Below, in pieces: positions 1-13,582 of a stretch of DNA of 64,000 bases. Source of the stretch: Octopus sinensis (taxonomy: Eukaryota); NCBI RefSeq assembly GCF_006345805.1, contig NC_043003.1:97092001-97156000 (forward strand). Direction: 5' to 3'. Position numbers and translations under genes: made by a program. A model generated the notes under the pieces. The model made no database searches, had not been told where the DNA came from, and was given only the letters and a program-made list of their open reading frames with translations. Within the stretch, counting starts at the first letter, position 1. Every line of letters begins with the position of its first letter.

Positions 1-11
1 ATGTGTATGTA

Positions 12-78
<67 letters not shown>

Positions 79-87
79 ATCTATATC

Positions 88-132
<45 letters not shown>

Positions 133-195
133 GATGTATATATATGTATGTATATATATGTATATATATAATATATATATATATATAATATATAT

Positions 196-237
<42 letters not shown>

Positions 238-300
238 TACATATATATGTATGTATGTATATTATATGTATGTATGTATATAAATATATATATATATATA
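1..300. repeat. (ATCT)n followed by (AT)n/(ATGT)n microsatellite
   Basis: Directly visible tandem repeats. Confidence 0.95.
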
Positions 301-323
301 TACCGGAGTATAAATATATACCA

Positions 324-553
324 GCGGCGAGCTGGTAGAAACGTTAGCACGCCGGGCAAAATTCGTAGCAGTATTTCGTCTGTCGTTACGTTCCGAGTTC
401 AAATTCCGCCGAGGTCGACTTTGCCTTTCATCCTTTCGGGGTCGATAAATTAAGTACCAGTTACGCAGTCGGGTCGATGTAATCGACTTAATCCCTTTGT
501 CTGTCCTTGTTTGTCCCCTCTATGTTTAGCCCCTTGTGGGTAGTTAAGAAATA
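324..553 (+). mobile_element. tRNA-derived SINE, family A
   Basis: GCGGCGAGCTGG(C/T)AGAA...GAGTTCAAATTCC head with A/B-box-like motifs and conserved body and tail; many copies in the window. Confidence 0.9.
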
Positions 554-558
554 TATAT

Positions 559-761
559 ATACCGGAGTAACCACATTAATGTGAATCAAGGTGGAAAAAA
601 GAGTACTCAAATACCAGAGGTCGAGTAATATGCTTTATTTAAAAGCAGCAGAAATATAGTAAAAGGTGTTACACCGAGTGAGTTTCACGTTCCCGTTCGT
701 CGGACAGTTTTGTTAAAAAGCTTTTAACAGCTTGTTATATTTCTGCTGCTTTTAAATAAAG
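559..761 (-). mobile_element. Penelope-pLTR-like short repeat (same family as 63558-63785) with degenerate HHR
   Basis: Homologous to 63558-63785; perfect 26-bp IR at 633-658/736-761; minus strand CCGACGA-ACG GGAA CGT-GAAA. Confidence 0.7.
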
Positions 762-894
<133 letters not shown>

Positions 895-1109
895 CTATTG
901 AGTGTATGATTTTATTTATAAATACATGAATATACATGTATGCAGGTGTGCATGTGTGGTGTATATATATATATATATATTATATATTGATAAAGTGTAT
1001 GGAAACCTGTACATCCACAATATTTATTTTATAGTAATATACAGCATATTACAATGCCCTCACACACACACACACACACACACATGGATATATGTCATTA
1101 CCCAGCTTT

Positions 1110-1320
1110 TTCAGTTGAAGCAAATTTCGAAGAGATTGAAATACCGAAATAACAAACGCTTTATTGCGAAGCCGGAGATCCCGTTCTTGCCTATTTCTGG
1201 ACAACTTGGTTTTGTAGGTGAGAAATTTAATAGTGCTGTGCAAGCTGTTACAGACTTTGGGTCTTAGCAAGAATATTGTTGAAAACCATTGTCTTTAACA
1301 CCTAGGATAAGATTTATAAG
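1110..1320 (+). mobile_element. Unclassified decayed coding repeat (second copy at 16200-16530)
   Basis: Shared translated motif KYxNNxxxxAKxEIxxxxxSGxxxFVGExxxSxxQAV in both copies. Confidence 0.4.
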
Positions 1321-1400
1321 TGATGATCACATTCATCTACGAGTTGTCAACCACCATATTTGTGTGTGAGCGTGTTTGTATACATATATTTCATATATCC

Positions 1401-1788
1401 TTTTACTTGTTTCAGTCATTTGTCTGCGGCCATGCTGGAGAACCGCCTTTAAAAGTTTTTTGGTCGAAGATATCGACCCCGGTACTTATTCTTTGTAAGC
1501 CTAGTACTTATTCTATCGATTTCTTTTGCTGAACCGCTAAGTTACGGCGACGTAAACACACCAATATTTGTTGTCAAGGGATGGCGGTGGGACAAACACA
1601 ATAACATAAATATAGACATATATACATGTGTGGGTTTCTTTCGGTTTCCGTCTACTAAATCCACTCACAAGGTTTTGGTCAACTCGGGGCTAGAAGACAC
1701 ATGCCCAAGGTGCCACACAGTGGGGTACTGAACTCGGAATCATATGGTTGAGAATCAAGCTTCTTAACACACAGCCACGCCTGCGCCT
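1401..1788 (-). mobile_element. tRNA-derived SINE, family B
   Basis: Head GGCGCAGGxGTGGCTGTGTG...GGTTCAGTxCC on minus; internal (AT/CA)n; tail GACTGAAACAAGTAAAAG. Confidence 0.9.
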
Positions 1789-1842
1789 TATGTCTCAAGC
1801 GAATGTGTATACCTAACTATCACCCTGTCACTCACTCACTCA

Positions 1843-1910
<68 letters not shown>

Positions 1911-3530
1911 GAGAGAGAAAGAGCATAAAACACAGAATATAGAATAAAGCGAAAAGAGAACAAAAATCAGAATTATGTAAAGTCACACCTCGATAGTTGT
2001 TTCAAGATGGTGATAACATACGTTATAATTATATTCATGTCATACGTGCATGATGTCATAGGTGTGTGTCTTATAACAAGTACTGATGAGGCGCCCCTTC
2101 TCAAGAACAAGTACGTGCCAAGGATTGGCGGGATTGTTAAGGCACTTAACCGGGTGCTTTAAGGTATTTGTTAGAGTTCTTTGCATTCTGAGTTCAAATC
2201 CCATTACGCTCTACGTGGGTAGGCTTATTCCTCCTCGCGGTTATTCCACATCGCGGTTGAACCCTTCAAGTTGGCACCATGGTTGCCCTTTGTCCAATAT
2301 GTTGCAAGGATTCGCATCAAATTTTCATTTTGGGAATTCCATCCTCATACCCTCCCGCCTGTTTCAGAAGCCCTAAAAAGGGTCATTGGCACTGCATAAC
2401 CCCCAGTTATTAACAATTTACACACTTCTGTACGTTGTTGTGTACATTTGATTGTAGTCTGTAGATGACTATACTATTTTCAATTATATGTATTCTGTAT
2501 AGCTGTATATTTGGCATACAAAGCTGATGCGAAGCTATTTAATAGCTACGAAGTGAAAATACAGGCACTTCTTTCAAGCAACGGTTCGTATAAACGACAA
2601 TTATAAGCACCGAGCTTCAAGGGAATATATAACTGGCAGTTTGGGTGATAATAAAAACCATAATCAAATTGCATGACATTTTTTAATTCAGTAAGCAACA
2701 ATAGAACCACTATCGCATGGTCTTATTGTTCATATTAACCTAGTTTTATCACACACATACGAATATCTGGTGTTTTTAAATACATTCATTCTACAAATAA
2801 ACATCAGCTTTAACACCTCACATAAAACATTTAATCACGCGTTGCTGAATGTTACGCAGTTTCCCTTTACCAATAATTTTCCTTTATACAATCATTTATG
2901 CTATTGTGTCTAATTTTTGTTATCTCATACAAGTGTGACAAATAATGTCAAATAATGTCATAGATACGTATCAATATGCTTATAATTCCTATTGCTTCCG
3001 TATCCATCGTAAAGGCCAGATAATCGGTATACCTTTCTATTGTCATGTTCAGTTCTTTGAGAGAATATAGAAACAGCACTACATACTACTACTAGAACGC
3101 TACTCATCAAAATATTGTGTGTTTTTTATGCGTATTGAACTAGGTTTTGATTCTATAGTATATTCGTTATGGTTATTCTGTGCATGGGGATATATGGCAT
3201 CCTTGTCGAGAATAAGCTGCCGATTTCCATCATATCTTGATAGTAAAATATTACACTGTATAATTAATTTGATCATATTATAAGCTGCACTGCAATATAT
3301 AATATAAAAATTACGTAATACATATGCAAAAATAAAATCAATTGTATATACGAAGTGATTTTTGCACTAATATGAAATAAATTTCGAGTTAAAACTTTTA
3401 ATGAGAAGGTTCTGCACTCCATCGTAGAATCAATTTCCGCGTATTTAGTTCTCGGTAGTTCAAAGGACTGCCGTCACGTTTTCTCTGTAAACCGTGAACG
3501 CAGTCCATAGGTACTGTATTTTTAATCTGT

Positions 3531-3908
3531 TACTCTTTTACTCTTTTACTCTTGTTTCAGTCATTTGACTGTGGCCATGCCGGAGCACCACCTTTTTAGT
3601 CGAGCAAATAAACTCCAGGACTTATACTTTGTAAGCCTAGTACTTATTTTATCGGTCTCTTTTGCCGAACCGCTAAGTTACGGGGGCGTAAACACACCAG
3701 CATCGGTTGTCAAGCGATGTTGGGGGAACAAACACAGACACACAAACATATACACATACACATACATATATATACATATACATATATACGACGGGCTTCT
3801 TTCAGTTTCCGTCTACCAAATCCACTCACAAGGCTTTGGTCGGCCCGAGGCTATAGTATAAGACACTTGCCCAATGTGCCAAGTTCGTAAGTAAGCTACT
3901 TACCACAC
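3531..3908 (-). mobile_element. SINE family B with deletion in head
   Basis: Colinear with other B copies. Confidence 0.9.
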
Positions 3909-4474
3909 ATATCTTGACAAAATATGTATCAATAATTAAGAGATATCTCCAGCAGCAGTTACTTTTTACGTAACCATATTTAGCTTTATAATTAAATAAT
4001 CTTGTGTTTCAGTTCACTATCTCAGTAACCCATCTTACTCACTAAGCATATAAAACTCTACTAAAACTATTCACATTGCTCGTAGAACTTCCAACAACAG
4101 ATATCCTTTTTATGCCTCTGTAAATATATATTAATCTAACGGTCAAAAGATGTCCCCTGATCTAAATGACCATATTCGAAACTTTCATTCGTTCGCCGCA
4201 ATCAGATATCTTATTTTAAGCCTTTCGATTGCTTTCGTCGGAATTCCGGGTGACACTTGATACCTTTCCAACATTCAAATTTGAATCTTAAGCTGCAGTT
4301 TGCCTGACTCCCGCCTCATTACTTCCATCAAAGCCATAGCCGAATATCATATATTGTCTCGTCTATTTTTCGAAAAGCCTGTTTGTTCTTTTGCTTGTTT
4401 TTGTTTGTTTTGTTCTTTCGTTTGTTTTTTCGGGGGGGGGGGTGTCTTTTTAGATAAAATAAAATTGTGGTATT

Positions 4475-4990
4475 TCTATCTATCTATCCGCTCAGTTGGA
4501 GTTGACTCTCGGTTACTCGTTGGATCAGTGTCCTCCAGTCAGTTCTATCCTGGGCCGCTTCTTTCAGATTGGCTATGTCTATTCCGGTATCACTCTTGAT
4601 GGTGTCAAGCCAGCCGGTTCTTGGTCGGCCTCTTCCTCACTTGCCACTGACCATTCCGAGCATGATGTCCTTCTCCGGGGATTTTCTCTGCATAATATGA
4701 CCGAAATATGCCACTCTATGCTTCGTGATCCTAGCTTCTAGCGACATTTTCGGCCTGATCTGCTTAAGAACTTCCCCATTGGTGAGCCTCGCTGTCCAAG
4801 GAATCCGTAAAAGTCTTCTCCAACACCAAAGCTCGAATGCATTAATTCTCTTCTGGTCAGCTTTCTTTAGAGTCCAGGTCTTGCATCCATATGTGCTATT
4901 TAACTCTGAATAAAAGACGAAGATATTTTATTCCAGTGTATTTATGAAACAATTCTCTTAATTTCGCAAATGCTTCCTATGAGTTATGTT
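4475..4990 (-). mobile_element. RTE-clade LINE 3' ORF remnant
   Basis: Minus translation YGCKTWTLKKADQKRINAFELWCWRRLLRIPWTARLTNGEVLKQIRPKMSLEARITKHRVAYFGHIM is typical of the RTE C-terminus. Confidence 0.85.
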
Positions 4991-5227
4991 TTCCTTATGA
5001 AATACGTTGTCACAAATTACGAATAGTGAATATCTTTTTCAATATTAAACCCAGAAGGCTGGATTTATTTCTGTTAGTTGTGATCAACGTAACACTACCA
5101 TCATGAAATTTACTTGCACATTTGCATACCAAGATTTGGGGGTACTTCCTTCCATACAAGCCATAAAAGTGAGCACTGCATAACGTCTTGACATGTGCGC
5201 GTGCATGAAAATTTTTTATTCTATGAA

Positions 5228-5462
5228 TACTCTTTCTCTTTACTTGTTTCAGTCATTTGACTGTGGCCATGCTGGAGCACCGCCTTTAGTCGAGCAAATC
5301 GACCCCGGGACTTATTCTTTGTAAGCCCAGTACTTATTCTATCGGTCTCTTTTGCCGAACCGCTTAGTGACGGGAACGTAAACACACCAGCATCGGTTGT
5401 CAAGCAATGCTAGGGGACAAACACAGACACACAAACACACACACACACACACCACACACATA

Positions 5463-5500
<38 letters not shown>

Positions 5501-5682
5501 TATATATATACATATATACGACAGGCTTCTTTCAGTTTCAGTCTACCAAATCCACTCACAAGGCATTGGTCGGCCCGGGGCTATAGCAGAAGACACTTGC
5601 CCAAGATGCCACGCAGTGGGACTGAACCCGGAACCATGTGGCTGGTTAGCAAGCTACTTACCACACAGCCACTCTTGCGCCT
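5228..5682 (-). mobile_element. SINE family B
   Basis: Full-length head, body and tail. Confidence 0.92.
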
Positions 5683-5699
5683 GTAATCTAATGTAATCT

Positions 5700-5926
5700 A
5701 TTTCTTTATTACCCACAAGGGACTAAACACAAAGGGGACAAACAAGGACAGACATAGTTATTAAGTCGATTATATCGACCCCAGTGCGTAACTGGTACTT
5801 ATTATTTAATCGACCCCGAAAGGATGAAAGGCAAAGTCAACTTCGGCGGAATTTGAACTCACGACGTAACGACAGACGAAATACGTCTACGCATTTCGCC
5901 CGGCGTGCTAACGTTTCCGCCAGCTC
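5700..5926 (-). mobile_element. SINE family A, TSD ATGTAATCT
   Basis: Family match; 9-bp direct repeat at both ends. Confidence 0.9.
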
Positions 5927-6689
5927 ATGTAATCTTTTAATCTCACACTATCACGTGTATTAACAACAGGTGGACAATTAAATGCAATTAAAAGCAGAGA
6001 AATCAATCTGTGTGTGGATAGACGTATAAAAATATAACTAGAAATCGGAATATAAATTTTGAACTTGAAGCTGCGGGTGTACATATGAGACACAAAGAAT
6101 ACGTACCTCAGTTTGGCTGAAGGTACAAGCTAAGCGTTGAGTCAGTAACTAAGATGATGCGTCAGATATTCGCATGTAGCAGGATAATGCTGTGATAAGC
6201 ATCATTCTAATGTAAGCGTCAAAGTACTACCAGGAACTTTCTCAGATCTGATGTTACGTGTATATATGTTAAAAATGGGGTGGATGTGTTGAATTGTAAC
6301 AAGGGAACATTGGAGTGTTAGTAAAAGAGAAGTAGAGAAATAGTTTAAAAGAAATTTGGGAAGCACTGCTCTAGTCTAAAAGAACTAGATTCTACTACTT
6401 AAAGAGCAATTATTATGTCAATATTCGAAACATGTTTGTATGTGTGCATTTATACGTGTACTTATCTAATTAAGTTTATGAATAAATGTCAGCACATATT
6501 TAAATATACGCATATATGTGCGTGTGTGTGTGTGTGTGTGTAACTACACACATGCTGTTGACGATTTGTTTTCCTTCTTTGGATTTTTCCCTTCTTTCCG
6601 TCGAATGGCTATGCGCGAAACATCAAACTGTATGTATGTATGTATGTATGTATGTATGTATGTATGTATGTATGAGGAAATTCTTTATC

Positions 6690-8858
6690 TGAAATTCAAA
6701 ATAGGGAACTTCCGAAATCCGAACGATTTTGAATACTAATAGGAGACTCCAAAAATGGAAACATTCCACAAAGTGCTGTGAAAGTTCCCCACCCACCAAA
6801 TACAGCTGTTGTGTACCGTTGTGGCATGTGACCTCACTTACTTTGGGAGAGACTTCTCTTACAAGTTGACCGCTTGGTGGCATTTTATTGTCAGCAATCG
6901 TTGTACCGACATCTTCGCTCTTTACTCATAGCGACTACCACTCGTTTTGTGTTTTGTGATGTGAAGGTATAATTGAAAACGTTGCAAAGAGGGTACCGAA
7001 CAAGTTCTTAATATCGCTATGGATACTCCAGTTGTTAATTCAATGACCGATAATGAAATAGCTGAAATAGTTCCGAATCAAGGCGATTCTGATTTCATTC
7101 TCTAATAATTTTTTTTTAATATTTTGTCTTTGGTCAGTAAGTTTTATTTCCTATTTTCTTCTATCTAGAAATCAAAGGAAATGGCTACTATTCCCTTCAA
7201 ACTTTAACATCGAAGTTTTGAAACTGACCTATTTTCCATTACATTTCTGACAGATTCAGCGCCGATTTGCAGAAGCAGAAATATCGTCATAGCAAATATT
7301 CTACACAATACCACAAATTTGCCCGTTAGTTGCTTCTTGAGCATGTCCTTTAATGGCTGACAATATGTGCATCTCTGATCATGAGCGGGAGTAGATGGGA
7401 GCATGATAGCCATATGTTGAGACGAATTCTTTGGAGTTTGGATAAATGTAAGAAAAGTAAAGTTAGAAGGAAATATTAGCCATTTTTCCTACTTTCTAGG
7501 GGTAAGCAAATAAGAAATAACAGATGCTACCCAAGGATAAAAATTGTGCTACACATTGTTAAAATAGTGAAGATAAAGATGACATAGTGAACACAGTGGA
7601 AAATGTGTCATTAGATAATATGGTGAAAATGTAAGATAGACTTATTAAACGACTTTAGCAACGTGCATTCATAACAAAACAAGAAATCACATCAGTTTAA
7701 AAATTCAAAAAGAAACTGCTACGACAAATTCTCGTGTTAATGAGGCGAATGACATTGTAAAGATACTAGCGTCGTTGTTGCATTTGTTTCATCCTCTAGA
7801 AGGAACAGTTAGTTGTTCCTTCTCGAGCCAAGCCTGGCTCATAAGGGTCGGTTTCCCGGTTTCCTTGGCGTATAGGTTCCCCACCCGGACGGGACGCCGG
7901 TCAGTCGCAAGCGAGCTGCAAGATGCAGGAGGAAAGAGTGAGAGAAAGTTGTGGCGAAAGAGTCAGCAGAAGTTCGCCATTACCTTCTGCCGGAGCCGCG
8001 TGGAGCTTAGGTGTTTCGCTCATAAACACACACATCGCCTGGTCTGAGATTCGAACCTGCGATCCTTCGACCGCGAGTTCGCTGCTCTAACCACTAGACC
8101 ATGTGCCTCCACAGTCGTTGACGTTGTCGTTGTTGCATTACAGATATAATGCTCACATTTTCAATTTTCATTACATTTACCTGTAATCATATTCTATGTT
8201 TTGTTTTTATGTAAAAGTCTTCATATACTGTAAGCTTTTTATTAAAACATGAGTTCGTAGGTGGATACTGATAACTTGAACTTTCCAGCTCGCAGTAATG
8301 TCATCGATGACGTACCCTCTCCCCAAAGATTCTCGTGCCTGACGTAATTGTAATGTCTAGGGCTGCATTTATCTTCAAGTGTGTAAGCAGTGATCATAGT
8401 GATTTTTTTTAAAGGATAAAGCGTTATTTTTGCTTGAGATGAATTTCACTTCCATGTATGAGTGTGACATGACTAGCATCATTACTTGTACATTTCTTTA
8501 TAAAAAAATTAATGACTTTTTTCAGTTTTTATTTATCTGAAATCACAATCATTGCTTTGTTTTAATACCTTACATGAAACCTAAAAAATAAAATAGTAAT
8601 GACGTGAAATCGTAGGTGGAGAGAGATATCTTACCTTTTTTATGGTATTATGCATAGAAATTTATTATATGAAAATTTATATAAAACTACATTTAGGGTG
8701 TTTGTTTAAGCCATATTATGATATATAAATGGATATTGTGTTTAGAATTGGGTCCCATCCGCAAGTTGTCCTATTTTTAAGATACAAATATGAAAATACT
8801 GCGAAATCAAAAAAATCAGAAATCCGTAATATTTTCAGTCCCTTGGATTTCGGAGATT
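6690..8858 (+). mobile_element. Decayed pogo/Tigger-like DNA transposon with nested insertions
   Basis: Segments 6690-6770, 6990-7090, 7560-7745, 8230-8280 and 8720-8858 resemble, in order, the Tigger4/Zombi consensus as I recall it (e.g. CAACGTGCATTCATAACAAAACAAGAAATC; GTGTTTAGAATTGGGTCCCATCC); not verified by search. Confidence 0.55.
7813..8112 (-). mobile_element. tRNA-derived SINE, family D
   Basis: Head GGAGGCACATGGTCTAGTGGTTAG...GGTTCGAATCTC on minus; second copy at 54932-55234. Confidence 0.9.
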
Positions 8859-8903
8859 CCCACACATACACACACACACACACATGCACACACACACACG
8901 TGT

Positions 8904-8947
<44 letters not shown>

Positions 8948-8959
8948 TACATACATATA

Positions 8960-9128
8960 TATCCTTTTTTCTCTCTTTTTCTCTCCTTGTTTCTCTCCTT
9001 GTTTTTTTCTGTGTATCTTTCTGTCGAAACGTAAAAGACTTTTTCTATTCCTGAGCGCAATACTAATACATTTGTTTGTTTGTATTCCATCTGCCTTCGT
9101 CTTTTGTTTATTTTCGTAAACTTTCCCT
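8960..9128 (+). mobile_element. Short pLTR-like repeat (family of 36445-36600) lacking the HHR stem II
   Basis: Homologous to the reverse complement of 36445-36600; CTGTCGAAACG junction. Confidence 0.7.
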
Positions 9129-9139
9129 TTATATATATA

Positions 9140-9183
<44 letters not shown>

Positions 9184-9247
9184 ATGTATTGACATATGTA
9201 TAAATATATATATAATATATATATTATGTATATATATTATATACATA

Positions 9248-9414
9248 TATACGACAGGCTTCTTTCAGTTTCCGTCTACCAAATCCACTCACAAGGCATT
9301 GGTCGGCCCGAGTCTATAGCAGAAGACACTTGCCCAAGATGCCACGGAGTGGGACTGAACCCGGAACCATGTGGTTGGTTAGCAGCTACTTACCACACAA
9401 CCACTCCTGCGCCT
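9248..9414 (-). mobile_element. SINE family B, head half only
   Basis: Family match. Confidence 0.85.
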
Positions 9415-9450
9415 ATATATATATATATATAGATATATATATATATATAT

Positions 9451-9487
<37 letters not shown>

Positions 9488-9510
9488 GAGAGAGAGAAGA
9501 GAGAGAGAGA

Positions 9511-9845
9511 GTGAAGGCGCATGGCTCAGTGGTTACAGCGTCGAACTTACGATCGTGAGGTTGTGAGCTCGAATCCCGGACCGGGCTGCGTGTTGTGTTC
9601 TTGAGCAAGGCACTTTATTTCACGTTGCTCCAGTTCACTCAGCTGTAGAAATGAGTTGCGACGTCACTGGTGCCAAGCTGTATCGACCTTTGTCTTTCCC
9701 TTGGATAACACTGGTGGCGTGGAGAGAGGAGGCTGGTATGCATGGGCGACTGCTGGTCTTCCATAAACAACCTTGCCCGGACTTGTGTCTAGGAGGGTAA
9801 CTGTCTAGGTGCAATCCCATGGTCATTCATGACCGAAGGGGGTCA
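9511..9845 (+). mobile_element. tRNA-derived SINE, family C
   Basis: GGCGCATGGCTCAGTGGTTA...GAGCTCGAATCCC head; core TGTGTTCTTGAGCAAGGCACTT; related copy at 54522. Confidence 0.88.
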
Positions 9846-9880
9846 AAGGAAAAGGATATATATATATATATATATATATA

Positions 9881-10200
9881 AGTTTAACAATTAAGGATAA
9901 CCTCTTAATAAGGGATCTTAACAAGAAATTATCGGGTAGTTAGCGTGAAAACCTCATAAAAGAAAAGAATTCGAAAATAATTTTTTTCCTTTGAACAAAT
10001 TAATTATATCTATATTGTATAGAGGGCATTATTACACATAAATGCCTCACAATAAGAGGGACAAAGTCATTACTACCAAAATTATACTAATCATACCTAA
10101 ATGCAGTTTTTCAAAGCAAGACATTTAAAAAATGAATTTAGTTCTGTATCACCGTGATTTCACATTCAACTTACGTCTTATGATCCTCAGCAGAACTATA
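9881..10200 (-). mobile_element. About 320-bp pLTR-like repeat with HHR at its 5' end
   Basis: Bounded by (AT)n on both sides; contains the intact HHR listed next. Confidence 0.6.
10140..10197 (-). ncRNA. Type I hammerhead ribozyme (intact core)
   Basis: AGTTCTG-CTGAGGA-T CAT..ATG T-GAAA-TCAC G GTGA-TA-CAGAACT; 7-bp stem I, 5-bp stem III, AUA triplet. Confidence 0.8.
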
Positions 10201-10424
10201 TATATATATATATATATATATTAAGGGTGAATGGCCTATTATGGCCGTTCCTTAATTGTTAATGTTGAACTTAAAAATGGTCTATGACTATTTAATTTTT
10301 TTCCCACTGGGCCGCTGGTGGCAATAAATTTCTACAAAATTTTCCTTGCCACCCTATATTGATTAATTATATATATATATATATATATACATATATAATA
10401 TATATGTTATGTGTGTGTATACTG

Positions 10425-11200
10425 GAAGTTTGAGAATGTTGTCGATGCTGGTGTACGGTAAGCGGGTCGTGAGAGAGGAATTTCAAAATCAAGTGTTCGT
10501 TGCATTTTGAAGCAATGTCATTGGAAAAGTTGCATTCTAAGAATAGTCCATGCTCTCAATGAAGATGCTCAGGACCAAAGAGTGAAGTATTGTTAGTAGT
10601 ACTTTGCAACGAAAGTGCAAGATGCACACTTTCCAACAAAATTTGTTTAGAGTGATGAGGCTACATTTGAATTAGATGGCTTGATTAACCGCCAAAGATG
10701 CACCCACTGGGAACCTGAGAATTTGCATTTTACGGATGAACAACATGTAAATTTAGTAAGGAGTCACAGTATTGTGCGGCTTATCATCGAATGGGTTAAC
10801 TGAACTTTTCTTTCTTGACTGTAATGTACATGGTCTGATTTGAACTTGCAGTGGTGATCTGCCATACCCAGCATCTAAGATGACTTTGAAGATGTGGAAT
10901 TTTATTTCCAGCCAGATGGAGCACCCCAACACTACCATAGTACTGTAAGTGCCAACTTTGTTAAGATTCTGCCAAATTGGTAGGTGGATTAAACGAATAA
11001 GTTTAATAGAATACTTCTCGCGTTCAGCGGATCTCACACCACTAGAGTCTCATATATTTTTTTTTTACAGCTGTCGATAAATTGAGGGCAGCCATTGAAA
11101 GAGAATCTAGACAAATAACGAATGAAATATTTTTTTAATGTTTACGATTCCATTGGTTTGCGTTATCACCATGTCTGAACCATAGCGTTCATCAGTTTGA
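10425..11200 (+). pseudogene. IS630-Tc1-mariner superfamily transposase remnant
   Basis: Decayed motifs [31 protein letters not shown]; many stops. Confidence 0.75.
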
Positions 11201-11789
11201 AAACAAGCGTTAATAAAATATTTATATTCTGTCTGTATATTCTCCAAAAGTTTGAAAAACGTATACAAATATACAAATGTACTGCAGGAATGCTAGCAGA
11301 TGCTTTTGTATATGAATTCGTACAATTGCAGATTCCTTCAAAAATTGATATCCAAATTGCATCATTTAAAAACATAAGGAAGGTAGAGTACAATAAAACA
11401 TCAGATGGTTGGTATATGCATATCCATGTAATACGCTCTCTAGATCTCTGTTTCGAGGAAGCCCTGTGCATTTTAATGAGTGCAGGTAAAGTGGTGAATA
11501 GGTACTCTGAAAGAGTTATAAGATGCAATAATCAAAATTTTCACAATGTTTGAAAATCTCCATTCAACTTACTTCACTATTGATCGTAATTGCATTTTGA
11601 CTGTAAACTGCTTGGAATGATAAGTCACTATGGGTATGCATTATTACACTCACTGAAATAATGAGAGAAGCTAACAAGGGATTTATTCAAACAATCACCT
11701 GAGGAGCCGCATTTTACACCGTGGATGTTCAATAATGATTGCACAACATTTCACCAAAGTACCGAAACAATTGTAGTAAAATGCCTTGA

Positions 11790-12035
11790 ACAATATTTTA
11801 GTCGAATGAATCGACCCAAATATTTCTTTTTTAAACCTGGTACTTATTCTATCGGCTTTTTTTGCCGAATCTCTAGTGACAGGGAAGCAAACATACTAAC
11901 ACCGGTTGTCAAGTGGTGGTGGTGGTAGTAGTAGGGCAAACACAGACACAAAAACATACACAGATATATATATGTATATATACATATATACATACATACA
12001 AATATATATATATATATATATATCCATATATATAT

Positions 12036-12084
<49 letters not shown>

Positions 12085-12373
12085 TATATATATATATGTT
12101 TATGTATGTATATATTTATGTATGTATATATGTATGTATGTATGTATTTGTTTGTCTAATATGTATGAATGTATATATATATATATATATATGCATGTAT
12201 GTATGTTTTATCTATATACGACGGGTTCCTTTCTGTTTCTGTCTACCAAATCCACTCACAAGGCTCTGATCGGCCCGAGGTTATAGTAGATGGCACCTAC
12301 GCAAGGTACCACCCAGTGGGACTGAACCCACAACCATATGGTTAGGAAGCAAGCTTCTTACCACACAGCCAGC
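11790..12373 (-). mobile_element. SINE family B, diverged
   Basis: Family match. Confidence 0.8.
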
Positions 12374-12584
12374 CCTACATAAATCTACAAGTTCATTAAT
12401 GCAATCCGGACTCCATCTTTCGATGCATCATTTAAAATAGCGATTTAAAATGAGATATACATCAATGTTGTGTGTTAAATACTTTACTCCCTGGAGAGAT
12501 AAATTCCTGATTTGTACATATATTTCCGATGCATTAGAAAAACTTTATATAGGCGTAAGTACATTATACACACACACACACACA

Positions 12585-12633
<49 letters not shown>

Positions 12634-12634
12634 A

Positions 12635-12665
<31 letters not shown>

Positions 12666-13179
12666 GCAGATATATGCATGTACTTCACAGAAAATCTGAA
12701 ACTATAAATGGGATTTGATTTACGGCTTTCAGATCGCTCTAAGTAATGATAGCGATTTAACATAGAATATGCGTCTGCGTTATATGGTAAATCGCTCTAA
12801 TGAGCTAAATTGCTATTTAGCTTACCAGGGAGAAGGGATATAAAATACAATATGCTTGTTTGTATATTCTATATTAACTCATCAAAACTCGCGGTAGGGC
12901 TTGCATTCTTCGTCTGACGTTTCCACATTCTGATATCTGCACATTCTTGTGTTTGCGTGCGCGCGTATACTCGGATATATTTGAACTATAACAACCGTAA
13001 GATGAAGGCGCTAGTTTGAATATTTTAGCGTGCAGTTATAATTGTAACTTTATGAGAAATTCCCGAAATTTGTAGGCCCATTTATTTAATCTATTTTCTT
13101 GTTCCCTTAGTTCAGTCGCTGACACGCACATTCACACACATACGTGCGAACACAAACACACACGCAGGCACATATATAT

Positions 13180-13582
13180 ACTCTTTACTCTTTTACTTGT
13201 TTCAGGCATTTGACTGCAGCCATGCTGGAGCACCGCCTTTAGTCGAGCAAATCGAACCCGGAACTTATTCTTTGTAAGCCCAGTACTTATTCTATCGGTC
13301 TCTTTTGCCGAACCGCTAGTTGACGGGGACGTAAACACACCAGCATCGGTTGTCAAGCAACGCTAGGGGGACAAACACAGACACACAAACACATACACAC
13401 ACACATATATATATATACATATACGACAGGCTTCTTTCAGTTTCCGTCTACCAAATCCACTCACAAGGCATTGGTCGGCCCGGGGCTATAGCAGAAGACA
13501 CTTGCCCAAGATGTCACGCAGTGGGGCTGAACCCGGAACCATGTGGCTGGTTAGCAAGCTACATACCACACAGCCACTCCTG
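13180..13582 (-). mobile_element. SINE family B
   Basis: Family match. Confidence 0.92.

Noticed and set aside
2084-2125. CTGATGAG hammerhead-like start
   Set aside because: No stem II followed by GAAA; it lies between two AACAAGTAC direct repeats.
2212-2290. HDV-like ribozyme candidate (TCCTCGC loop, GTGGGTA/TATTCCAC, TTGAA/TTCAA hairpin)
   Set aside because: No P2 partner, P1.1 is misplaced and P3 has only 2 bp.
3940-4400. Possible additional LINE RT remnant on minus
   Set aside because: Motifs are too decayed (many stops, no clear catalytic motif) to call.
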